A stretch of 64,000 nt of DNA from Azolla caroliniana (lineage: Eukaryota; Plantae; Polypodiophyta): positions 22,258,001 through 22,322,000 of the forward strand of contig JBHGNT010000004.1 in the NCBI GenBank assembly GCA_043228905.1. Reading direction: 5' to 3'. Below are positions 1-13,300 of the stretch, in pieces; the stretch's first letter is position 1, and each line of letters starts with the position of its first letter. Both the position numbers and the translations under genes were made by a program. Below the pieces are notes generated by a model. It was not told where the DNA came from. It ran no database searches and saw nothing but the letters and a program-made list of their open reading frames with translations.

Positions 1-861
1 TGGAGTATATATATACAGATTGCATTGTAAATGTTTGTTTGCATGTAAAAATAATTTAGGTATTGACATATTGATATATCCGAGGCTGTGCATTCCATAT
101 ATGTGTGGATGCATATGGGTTCAATATATTGTATTAAAGCAACACAAAGTAGAGATGCTAAGTAGATATACATTCCAATTACATTGAAGAAATCGTGTAT
201 ATTAGGATATGCATTAAAACATGTGCCGTATAATAAAGGCCGGCAATACAAGCACGCATGTTACAGGTTTATCAATTAGCAAGAATTGGATTGAACCTTA
301 ATTCCTATCCTTCACATGAAATGAATCCATAGTTTAAATTATTTTTTTGAACCGCATTCATTAACAAGAATGCAAAATATTTTTTTACCAAGAATTGAAC
401 TGAAATTTGTTAAACAAGAATGGAACGATCTCTCTCAAGTAGAGGAGCAGCTCATACTTTACAACCTCAATAATAGGGAAGACATAAGGGTTGTTTTACT
501 TTGTCTGATTCAAGTTGGCAGTCAGAAAGAGTTCTTATTTATAAATGGTGGATCCGTCACGTAAGTTTTCTTTTGCTCCTCTAATAAATAAATAAATGAA
601 CAATTTGCCCAAGAAGAGGTCCAATATAATGACAATGTTCTAGCCTGATCCTCCCTAATTTGGGGCATCTCTTTCTTTCCACATGGAAAACAAAATGGCA
701 ACAGGAAGAGCTCTAAATTTTAACAGTAAACCCAATGTTTTTTTCATATACAACAGAAAGGAGATAGACAACACAAAAGAGTAAACAAAATCCAAAGGAG
801 AAAGGTATATATTATGGATATAAGCATACACATTAAATGTATGGTATGTGCGTATGTAAAG

Positions 862-1186
<325 letters not shown>

Positions 1187-1218
1187 TCAGAGCATCACCA
1201 AATCCTACAAATCTAACA

Positions 1219-1220
<2 letters not shown>

Positions 1221-1263
<43 letters not shown>
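1221..1263. repeat. (CA)n microsatellite just upstream of the ROP start codon
   Basis: Direct dinucleotide run. Confidence 0.95.
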
Positions 1264-1266
<3 letters not shown>

Positions 1267-1836
1267 CCTTCCTTTCTTCTTCTTTACCTCTCCTCTGTTC
1301 TTGGCTATGGCCTTCTAATGCTTCTCAAACACAACATACACTCTCTGATCGCTCTAACTTTCCCTTTCTGCCTTCAGGAAGACCCACTAATATGAGAGAA
1401 TACAAAAAAAAAAAGGAAAGAAAGAAGGAAGAAGGGGAAAAGGGGAAAACTATATGTATATTCATTCTGCTGTATTTCTCTCTCTTCTCCTAAGTTTTTT
1501 TTTGTTTCCTACACTTTCTCCTTTACCCTGCTTTTCATTGCCCAACAAGAAGGACCCCATTTTCCCTTTTCTTCTCTTCCTTCCTTCACCTTACCTGGAA
1601 TTGGAAGTTGAATTACAGGTGGAATTGGAATGCATATGCATCATAACATCATGAGAATGAGACAGAGAGAGAGAGAGAGGGGGGGGGGAAGAGGAAGCCT
1701 ATAAGTAGTGTAAATGACTTACCACTCGGGTAAGCTAATTACAATAAAAGAAAGAGATAGAGAGAATATAGACCAGACTTTGCTTAGACCCCATCCCATA
1801 TCCTTCCATCTATGCCTTCCTTAGTAAGTCCTTGTC

Positions 1837-1838
<2 letters not shown>

Positions 1839-1876
<38 letters not shown>
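1839..1876. repeat. (CT)n microsatellite
   Basis: Direct dinucleotide run. Confidence 0.95.
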
Positions 1877-1879
<3 letters not shown>

Positions 1880-1880
1880 G

Positions 1881-2038
1881 CCATGCACTATACTTTTGAT
1901 TCAAGTGTCGGCTTTAACCATCAATCTCCGATAGAGCTCTCTCCGCCCCTTTGGTCCCCATGCACTATACTTTTGATTCGAGTGTCGGCTTTAACAATCA
2001 ATCTCCGATAGAGAGCTCCCTCCGGCCATTTGGTCCCC
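1881..2038. repeat. ~78-bp tandem duplication
   Basis: ccatgcactatacttttgattc...tttggtcccc occurs twice head-to-tail. Confidence 0.85.
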
Positions 2039-5000
2039 TGATGACCTCGACAAGTCTCGTGAAAGTAGTGATGGGTCTCCCTTTTTTTTCCTTTTAAGTA
2101 ATCATGAGTTCGCCCACTACTTCCGATGACTTTCTAAACATGTATGGTGGCTTGTCGCCCCCTACCCCATCAATATATTTCATCTCATGTTGCTTCGTTG
2201 TGTATGCTTGTCTATACGTGTGCACACAAGCGCGTTATTGTTATATGTTGCCAGTGATACCATGTAGATGTGGTCCACCACATGATGAATAAGTATTAAA
2301 ATTCAGGCACTTTTATCACAAAACACACTCTATTGGAGATCTCGATACCTACTCTTTTTATACACAATTTGTGAGAATTTCACGTTAAGGCCAAGATGCA
2401 ATAAATTCTAGAGTCCTCGAATTGCACCATCCCCCCCCACCCCCCACAAGAAAAAAAACAAACGTGGCAGTGTTTGATTATGTCTTAATGAGTGAACATT
2501 ACGATAAAACCATGAATGTTTGGAGGCTTCGAAAACCAGAGGTTAGAAGAGAGAGGCATATCAATATATCTATTCCATATGTAAAGTAATTGCACGAAAG
2601 TTGAGATTATATTTCTATGTTGGATCAAGCACGGCTGATTGTGACCCAATACTAAGCTTGCAAGATTAAAGGTGTAGTATAAAAGTAGCCACATAAAAGT
2701 TAAATTTCAAAGATCAAGTTTACCTTATGCGCACATGTTAGTGAAGAGACTCGGCGACATCTATGTTTGTGGCACTTCACTGTGTGAAAAAATATGACAT
2801 TTGATTGCATGGGCAAGAAACATGTTGATACGTTCTCTCACTGAATCAACATCCATACACTTCAAATGGACCTTGATGGGTGTGCATAGCATATTGTTGC
2901 ATCCATATCTATGGATAAACCATGCCATAAAATGGTTGACATTTTTTCAAGAAACAAACATTAACAAAAAGCAAATGCACTCTTGCATCATAAATTGATT
3001 ACAAATTACATTAAGCAAAAGGGTTGCAATGTTTCGTTGAAAAGTGAAAGCGTATTCTTCTCAAATCTTAATATATATAGATTCGTTGGATGGAGATAAC
3101 TTGTGAGTGATTGCTGCATCTTCACGTTTTGAAAGTTGAATAGAACCACCTGTCAAAGCACATGGTATGTATGCTCTCCTCAATGGTCAATTTATAGTGC
3201 GTTTAACTTTTGTCATGGGTTTTTAGCTTTATTCCTAACTTTTTAAGAGTACATTTACTTGGGCTTTCAATGCCACGTTGTGAAGGAAACTTCTGCAACC
3301 TTAGAAAGATCAATCACATTTTCGTAAAGCTTTCAAGAATGGTGGACTTCCATAAAAGACTCACCTTGTGCACTTTTACTCAAGGTGATAAAATGTCTAC
3401 ATGTTTTATCCACGGTCTTTATGTTTTGAAGGTGGGGAAAATAACGACTTTTTATTGATATAAGCTATTATTGTAAACCATGTATAATATGCTTGAATTA
3501 TATTACATATGGCCTTGTGTGAAAATATCTTGAATAATTGTTGAAAGAGATTTCTAGAACTTTTATTTTGTCTTAAAGGTTACAACCTATATAAAAGTTT
3601 ATAATATTCATGTTTGTAGTTTACCTATTTTCGGTAGTAGACAAAACTCATTGTGTTATTCTATGCATACAAATGATGGAAGGATGTTTCACATATAAAT
3701 CACTTAGTAAGAAGCCTTTCATTTTAAGATAGGTATCGGTGTCCCTATCATAAGTTTCAACTCTTCAATTTTATGTCAACTAACAAAGAAGGAAGGAAAC
3801 GATGTAGACGTAGGCACGGGCCTAAAAACTAAAATGTACAAATTTGGATATCAATATTTAAAACCATGAGTATTTTGAAAACGATTTAAATCTAGAAAAA
3901 ATGAATTTGGCATGTTTAAAGAGAGTAGAAATCATTGCACAATTGCCTACCCCTACCTACAGGGCGAATGTATGCCTTGTATGAAAAGTGACAATAAAGG
4001 CCATTCCCTAGTTGATCTGGTAATAACAAGCATGTTTACAAATTACGATAAATCGGCGAGGGTTTTAAGCATTTGTTGCACACTTTTTGGTAAATTTAGG
4101 TAGTACTTCCATACAAAATATTCGGATGGTTAACTTCATTTATATTATTAAAAACGATAGGACCCTTTTCAATAACTGCAACAATTGTTTTGCTCGACAA
4201 CTTTTAAAAGATGTATACATATTAGTGGATGATATAAGACTCATGATGTCATAGTAGGGAAATACACCAATTGTTTTCTCTCAAACCCAAGTCGTACTTG
4301 AACAACCTTCACACATGAAGGGATGAAAGTGGTAGCGAGTATTGACAACTACTATAGCTACTCGCATGTGACTACGAACAAAATATTAAAAGACATGGGT
4401 AGTGTGAGACCACGCAATACAAGATATGAACACACATTGAAGTAGTGCATGTTGTCATCACAAACTTAGTGTCAAGCTTAAGTAATTTTGTATGACAAAG
4501 ACCATTCATTAGGTGGCCAACAAATAGCTTATCAAAGCAGAATGATGGGATAATGATCGACCATGTAACATAAGGACACATCTGTAATAGAGATACTTGA
4601 ACAAATAAAGATACAATGTAGTGTAATGATTTGTTGTAATATAATTTTCTCTTTCCTTGAATATCTTAATCTTAATCTTTCTCGTGTAATTAGTGTATCA
4701 CCATCTAGCATGTGTTACCACAATAACCCATGTCATTCACTTAGTCATCCCTTCATGATGGTGTTCTCATTAGGTGCAATGCATGCACAACTAGGTCGTA
4801 GGTAAGAGGTTTGAATGAGGTTGTTCGAGATAGATGATCACTCAAGGTACCTTTACCTCCTCCTTGATGAGGTGGAGAGTAGGATGACCTTTGAATAATA
4901 TCAACTCAACTAGACATCGAATTTTTTATGAGTTGTTTATGTTAGTAGCTATTTTGTACAACACACAAATTAGGAGATTCCTTGTTAAGGAAAGTCATTA

Positions 5001-5559
5001 TTCATAGCTAAACTCACAACTCTGCCAAAGACGGTTGCTTAAAAATAGCAACAAAAGGTGGTGTATGCTTGACGACTATAGCGAGGCGTCCTCCACCAAC
5101 TAACTAGTTGTACAAGAGTTTTTTCAACAACATATTTGTGACAATACGTTGGCCTAATCCCAAGTCATCAACATGCCTTTGTGACAATTATCCAATGTGT
5201 TTGAGCCCTCACCAAATTCCATTTGGTGCCTACCCACTTGCATGACTCGGATCACTATGATGAATATGGCCTACGAAGTTTGTCAAGTTTTGACGAGAAG
5301 AGCAGTTCTAATGTTGGTTCACCACTTAACAATACTATAATTCTAGTTGACTTGGATAATTTAATTGCTTGTTAAGTGGCCACCAATGGCGCCGTGTCAC
5401 ATTTTCTCTACCCTCCATTCCTTCAAATTCCTCAAATTTTCAAAGGATGGGACGTTTTACCACTATCACAAGTTTTGTAAAGGAACTAGTGTGAAAGAGA
5501 ATGTCATCACTTTCCTCTTTGTATGGAACACCAATGACTTGGCTCAACGACCAAATCAA

Positions 5560-5945
5560 ATTGTTTAAGAATTATCAAGCAATTTAAACCATATTGTTTA
5601 TTAAGTAAAAGGTGAAATTGAACCATCTAATCGCGAACCTAAACAAAACCATTTAAGTCAAATTGATTAAACCATTAAAACAAAACAAAAAAACATTTAA
5701 GATAAATCAGTTACACCATTAAACAAAAAATTAATAAACGATTATACTAAGCCACTTTAAGTGAAAACCAATCAATAGTTAAACAAATAAACCCTAGTTT
5801 TAGAACCAAACTAAAATGAAACCAAATCGTTTAATGATGTTTGAAACCAAATCAAACAAATTAATTATATTCGAACACAATAAAGTTTAGACTATTAAAA
5901 CATGGCTTAATGGTTTGCTTCAACTCGAGCCAAACTAGGGCCAAT
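5560..5945. mobile_element. Degenerate copy of the AAACC(G/A)-rich MITE-like element at 7125-7679
   Basis: Shares the aaacc-rich body and the 3' end (catggcttaatggtttgct...gggccaat) with the second copy. The left boundary is approximate. Confidence 0.55.
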
Positions 5946-7124
5946 AGCTAATAATTGAACTGCTTTGCATCAATGTGGACCTAATGGACTTCACCTCAAG
6001 CACCCTAGACACCATGATGGAAAGGATCTTGACCGCAACCAATGGGTAAGCCCCTTCACTATGATATGGCTTGTCCAAAGTCTTCCGACGATTGAAGAGC
6101 TATGGTTCCATAATACATTACAATATGCAATGCACCATATGCTTCAGTGTCATGTTGTATAGGAGGAAATAAGTTAAACTAGGAATATCAAAAAGGTTGA
6201 ATGATAGAGCAAGGGATTTTGTACGGTAAGAAGCATGTATAAAAAGTTGCTTAGTTCAATTGGTAAAAGCTTGTGCTATGAGTGGGAGTTCAAGGATTCA
6301 AGGTATAAGAGATTAAGTGGACTAATGAATCCAATAACATTAGGTGTTAGAGGGAAAATAGAGAATGTAAGTGGGGAAAAAGCGTGGTGCCCGCTAAAAT
6401 AAAAAGCACCCACTATTTTTATTTGCAAGAGAGCCTCTTGGATCTTATAAAAGGGCGAAGAGAGCTCATTGTTAGGGGGACGTTAGCTTTATGAGCACCC
6501 CATGTAATGGATCCAAGTTTTTGTTGTTGCATTCACATACCCTCATGAGCTTATTTTTAATTACAAAATTTTAAAATAATTTATATTTCAATTAGCTTTT
6601 GCAAATCCTCATTTAAGTTTCTTGTGATCAAACATGGAGCGCATCATAATTTTTGGCGTGGCATTCTTAGTTTGGGTGACAAAGTTACAAAAATTTGATA
6701 AAATTGGCAGAAAACGAATCACTGAAACCAGGAAACTTGTCATGTCGATAAGAAAGCTTCATGAAGAGGGCCACAAAGGATTTTTGGGATCTCGAATCCG
6801 ACTGTGAACGAGAAATTGTATCTACTCGTAAATGTTTGGGTGGTTAGAGTCGAACCTGCTACGCCGATCGAAATTGGTGTCCTGTCCACCGACAAGGGTG
6901 GGACACAATTTCTGTAACATTACACCCCTCCACAAGGGAGGGGTATATTTTCCCCTAAAGGAAAATAAAAAATAAAGTAGACGAAAAAAAATTAAAAAAA
7001 TAAAACATTGATCATAAACAATAATAGATAAGTAAAAACAACAACAATAATAATTATTGGTCGAGTTCTGTACTTGTACACTCTTTGTTTGAGTAGACTA
7101 CTAGAACGCTTTACTACCGCTAGC

Positions 7125-7679
7125 AATGGGCCTGATTCGGTTTAGTTTCTTTGACTTGAAACAAAACCGAACCATTTATATAAAACAAAAACTAAACCAA
7201 ACCGGTTAGGAACTCTCAAGCGATTTAAACCAAAACCGTTTATGGAAAAGTTGAAACCAAACTGAACCATTGAATAAAATATTTAAACCTAAAGTCAAAC
7301 TAATTAAAAAACCAAATAAACAAAAATACATTAAATTAAATAAACATTTAAGTTAAATTTATTAAATCAATAAAAAAACATTAGTTAAAAACCATTAAAT
7401 AAAATAATCATTTATGTTAAATTAATTAAATCAATAAAAAAACACTAATTAAACCATTAAATTAATGAACTGTTATTGGGGGAAAAAAAGTTCACCAAAA
7501 ACCTATAAACCTTTAAACCAAAACTATAAACCGATAACTTGAGTTTTAGAACCAAACCAAACTAAAACTGAACCATTTATTTATAACCCAAACCAAATCA
7601 TTAAACTTTTTCGGAACCGATAAACCGTTAAACCATGGCTTAACGGTTTGCTTTGGTTTGAGCTGAAATCGGGCCCATT
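7125..7679. mobile_element. Non-autonomous DNA transposon (MITE-like) with short TIRs and subterminal AAACCG motifs
   Basis: TIRs aatgggcctgatt (7125) and aatcgggcccatt (to 7679). The interior is AT-rich with many aaaccg/aaacca motifs. A perfect 10-bp stem lies at 7622-7649. No clear TSD. Confidence 0.65.
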
Positions 7680-8106
7680 CCTAACTACCATTGCCAATTG
7701 TAGTCTGCGGGTTGTCATACCTCCTACCACTGCCTCCACCACTATTGTTGTCGTGCCTGTTGCTAGCTAACGTCATTGGGATCCTTGAGAGTGGCATTGG
7801 AATGTGTGAGTTCAAGCTCAGATAAAACATGTGCCCTTTTTAAGGATTATGTGAAGATTGGTAGGAAGATATTAGGTGCTAAATCATGGAAAGAAACCCA
7901 CCACAAATGTTTTTTGGAGACAAAATGGACTTTCTCCATAACATCTCAAGCAAATTTGGAAATGGTTGTGGTGCATAAAAATGAGTAGGAAAATGATACG
8001 TTCACACTCGTTGAAATATACCAATTAATGGTTGGCACAAAGGGGTGAATGCAAACAATATGTCCCCTTTTGTGGGCGGTGGTACAAGATAAACCAATGA
8101 TATATG

Positions 8107-8355
8107 AACAAGAGGATGTTGAAGATGCTCTTGCTATGAGACATGATCGATCTAATGCAAAAAATATTTATACCTTTGGATCCATAAATAGAGGTTGATA
8201 AAACTGAAATATAGCCATTGATAAGTAGTATAACAAGAGGATGTTGAAGATGCTCTTGCTATGAGACATGGTCTAATGCAAAAAATATTTATACCTTTAG
8301 ATCCATAAATAGAGGTTGATAAACCTGAAATATAGCCATTGATAAGTAGTATAAC
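8107..8355. repeat. ~125-bp tandem duplication
   Basis: aacaagaggatgttgaagatgctcttgc...gataagtagtataac occurs twice. Confidence 0.9.
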
Positions 8356-9111
8356 ACAATTTGGTATATTTGGAAGGCTAGATGTTTGAAGGCATTCCAA
8401 AATGTGACTAAAAGACATGCTTAGATAATTTTTGGATTTTGGACAGAGATTGTGCATAAGCTCAGAGGTTCGTTAGATATTATAAACGGTAATACGCTAT
8501 AAGAAGATCTAAAATGATTGGAGTTTCATGCCACATGGGACAAAGCAATACTTTATAAATAGATTTTTGATAAGGTGGAGTGGTTCCACCTTACACTGAA
8601 GTATTTATTTAAGCCGACAATCAGAACTTAGAAAGGGGCTCATTACCTAAATGTACATATCTTATGTATAGCCTTAGGGGCTAGGGCGTTTCTTAATACT
8701 AATGTGGTATCTTTTTGGGGAATAATTAAGTACATAAATAAAACAAAACAAAACAAAGTAACCATAATAATATTAAATAATAATAATGGTAAGAACAAGA
8801 AGAAGATGAATAGTACATAATAGGATAAAATAGAAATAATAATAATAATAATAATAAATATTTAAAATAAATTAGAAACAATAATTAAATACCTACCTCA
8901 CTTAATAAAATATACCTATACACACTTAACTCAACATACATGTAGAACACTCATGGAGTTTATACAATCGCATATGTAAAATTTGAAGTAAAATTCAACT
9001 TCGGAAAAGAAGAAGAAGAAGCTAGTGTAGACATCAACATTCTTGAACATTGAACTTAGAAGACTCAAGTCAAACCATCATCTCCGGTTCAAGTCCTTGA
9101 TAATCCCACTC

Positions 9112-9113
<2 letters not shown>

Positions 9114-9185
<72 letters not shown>
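9114..9185. repeat. (CA)n microsatellite
   Basis: Direct dinucleotide run. Confidence 0.97.
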
Positions 9186-9187
<2 letters not shown>

Positions 9188-10344
9188 AACTTCACGACAT
9201 CGACCTTGGACATTCGTTTGTGGATTTCCCCTGACAAATGTCTATAGTGTTGGATGTCTAGAGGCTGTGTACACCACTGGAAGAAATTGCTTCTTCCAAA
9301 ATATACAAATTCCACCCTATTGTGAAATTTCACCTTTTCATGAAATATAATCATTCTACTCTTGTTACCGTATTCAATAAAATGAGATCATTGATTGCAT
9401 TATCATGACATGTTCTGGTGTTCATAATTCATTACAACCTTTGGTACTAAAGCTGAAATATTGACATTCAAATCAAATTAAATTTTCTTTTCCTAATAAT
9501 CAAGTTTGATGGCTATGGTGGCCTATGTGTTTGATGATGGTTTAGCTTACAACAATGACAGGTGATGAAAGCTAGATTTCTTCAAGAAAATGCCATATAT
9601 CCTGCCTGTATCACTACTAAGTTTGAACACAACTGTCGACTCTTGATAATGTCAATGCTGAATAATGTGTTGCATTCCTTCAACATTGTTTTCGTAGTTC
9701 CTCTTTTATATAAAGAACCTCACCGTGTAATGTCTCTAATTTTTAACTTACTATTAACGATAAGCAGGTGAATGTTCCCCAAAAAACATATAAAGCTTAC
9801 CTGAAAGAAACACTTAAACGATATCAATAAGCTGCAAGCCTCTACAAACCTCTCTATTTAAAGTATTCTTGATCAACTTTGAGAAATTTCAAGGGAAAAC
9901 CAAACTATATACACATGAGATCCATGTCCACTCTTCAAATTTTAATACAGAGGAAACATGAAAATTGTACAAAACTAGCACATACGGTCAGGGACTGGCA
10001 TTTCATACCAGTTACATCAATAAGACACATTTGATTCATTCCAATCTCTTTTCATAAATACAGGTTCATACAAAGCATCAGATAGAAGGTCAATCAGCAA
10101 CCTCCAAAAGAACCTGGTAAAAAGCTTGTCTTCTACATCTGTCTCCAAGATTTTGATTGAATCATCTCTCAAAATAAACGCTTCTGAATTGCTTGGTAAG
10201 TCGCACAGATGAAGTGCATAAATGTAGGAGGTTTTTGGAACAAATCTTTCGAGACATGTATCTATATTCCACAGCAATGGAAACTGATTCATTCCTCTTG
10301 CCTGTAAATAAAATAACATTCACACTAATTCCACAAATTTGTGG

Positions 10345-13300
10345 TCAACCAGTGATGGTTTCACCATGAACCCCTTCTCCCTTCAGTAATCTCTTCTTCC
10401 AGCCACGTCTCCCTCTTGTTTTTCGCTTAACCACAACAACAAGAGAGCCAGCAACACACACAATTCTTGTAGCTAATCTTGTAGCTGCAAATAAATATTG
10501 CCCACATAACTTTTCATTCATAAAATGTATGAGCAAAAAAAGACCCGATAATATGCATGTTTTAGCTTACCAAGAGAAAGTATCAAGGTTTCTTTACACC
10601 CTTCTTCATGTCCCAATGGTGTCGAAGCTTCTTGCTCAGAACCCACACTGCCCACGAATCCTCCTTTCATTGCCGTCCGCCAAGTGTGAACTCGACCTGT
10701 TTCTGATATTCCAGCACATACCCCTGCACCTATGGCCACCTGTTTGAGCTTATCTCCACTTGTAATGCTTGGTCCTTGGCCATCAACTGGGGTTGCAGGG
10801 ACATTGTAAACCCCTGAAGCAGGATTTGGCCGAGCATGCGTCCATTGATGAACCTCTCCGTCGTTTGTCAATGCAATGAAGTCTTCACCATAGCAACCAA
10901 CATCAATCACCTAAAGATAGACACTGACAAATATCAACAAAAATCTCCAAGTTACAGTGTATATATAGAGGACGCAAGTGAACCAAATACCTTCCGTCCA
11001 ACTAAAGTACCTACAGCAGGTTCGCAAAGAGAGAAAGGTGATGACCATTTGTTTGTAGATCCAGCTGACATTACATTTGATCCAGGATAATAGCCTTGTC
11101 CCCATGTCCAAGCACGCCCATCATCTGTCATGATGATAGCATGATATACCCTTCCACACTAAAAACATTAAAGAAGAATTATTATTTCATTGTGACTCAC
11201 AACTATTAAGACTAACACAAATGTTTCGATGATGTGCTTACTACCTGAATCTTTATAGGTTTTCCTGTATATCCTGTCACAAGGTTAACTTCTTCCATAT
11301 AATCCCTTGTTGCAGATCGTATATATACAGAATCTGTATCAGTGATGTACCTGTCAAAATAGATAAAATACACATGATTCGACGGAAAGAATTTCCAAAA
11401 AACTAGATTCAAAGGACATTGCCTTTTACCCAATAAATGGAGATTCATCTGCCGCTTCTACTGTTCCAACACTAACTTGGACAATGTTACCAACATACTC
11501 TGAAGAATCTGGGTTAGAATCAAAATAAGCTTCTCTGAGACTTTTTGGATACTCAACTTCAGATTCATCTTGACATGTATGTACCTAACCCAAAAAAATC
11601 CAGATAATGATTAATATCAACGCTTTCATTTTCCAGGAATTGACAATATCAAAAGTATGTATAATTACATATTCACGAGGTTGTGAGCCTTGAAGAATGA
11701 TATCTTCTCCAGTGCTACAGACTGCCGCCAAGTAAAAGGGATCAGGAACCTGCTCATTTATGTATGCTCCAAATAAGTGAGTATTCCTTTGATAGCATAT
11801 AATACACTTGTATGTAACTTGTACAAATGCTAGTAACAGAATATATATAGCATGATACAGAAGCAATGGACTGGAGTCCAGCGAATCCAAAAACAAATTC
11901 AAATGTCATGTGGAAACCATTGGAAATAGCTGTATCTTTCCAATAGGGGTCAAAACTGTTTCCCAGTATCTAGAATGCATTACAGTACCCTATCTCCTTC
12001 CCACATAAGAGGGTTCATAAATAATAAAGTTCCATTATTTAAGAATACCTGATCTTCCTGTTCAGCTTCATAGCCAGCAGAAGCCCTATCTACATCAGGT
12101 CCTGAGATATCAACTAAAATTATGCTTTTGTCATCTAATATGGAGACGTGTTCCCATTTATTACATCGGCTGTGAATATTTCCATGTTTAAATCTCCAAA
12201 TCCATACTTGCCCAGCAGCTGTTAGTGCTGCCAGATGGTGACGACTTGCCTGGCCAAAGACATCGAGACCCAATTTAAGTTAAGAACATACACATGAAAA
12301 GCATAGATATAAAAGTAGACAGTGTTCCATGCATGAATATATACTCCATAGACAGATAACATCCTCATAATTAATATGGAAGCTTTTAACTTGGAGAAAT
12401 TTACATTAATTCCAAACTGCCAGCCTTCTCAGAGGTAGAAATGAAGACTTCAAAACTTTCATCAAGAGAGGAGCCATTTAGATATATTCAGGTATTCCCA
12501 AAATGAACATGAAAACTCTATTATTTACTGTCTGTGACTTGACATTTTAAATGATGTCTATCCAGTCCAGTTCTTGGGCCTAGATCAGCTAATGCCTAGC
12601 TCCTGTCTATGTTGTTTTTCCATCTGCAGAGATCCTTAAACACCATAACCCTTGGGAAATGACCAAAAGGGTAGTACAAAATCCTGAATGCAAATTTGTT
12701 TTCTATACTTGAATATCATGACAAATCCATATTCTTACTGCCAAATGAACTATTGGTGATGATGTAGGAAGTAACCGTGTCGCTTGTAGTTCTGGACATT
12801 TGGATCTTTCAAAATTCACAATTTCACCCCAACCAAAATACTCAAAGGCATCAGCATCACTTGCAGACGCAAAACGAGCGACAGTCAAGGGCCTAGGAGG
12901 AGGATAAGAATCTGAAGTTGGAGAAGAAGCATCCCGATTGTATACACCTCCCTTCATCACATCACTGCACCAGCAATTGTTGCGACTCAATGACAGTTTT
13001 TCGGTATTATGTTACTAAAATATGACATCAAAAGTATACATGGGCTTCAGCAACCTGAAAGATGCCATCCGGATTTTTCTCCGCCACCTCCTGTAATGGG
13101 GAAAGAAAATATATAAGTCCCTATAAAAAAACATAGAAATCTCAAACCAACCCAAATATGCATAACTCTAGTGTTAAAAAAACACATTGAAAGTGTGAAA
13201 ACCTTGCAGAAGTTGGAAAATCTCCATTGGTACCATAAAGAACAATAGTCCCTTGCTTGTTTTTAAAGGTTGCTGTCCTTCTATAATGATCTTTGGATCG

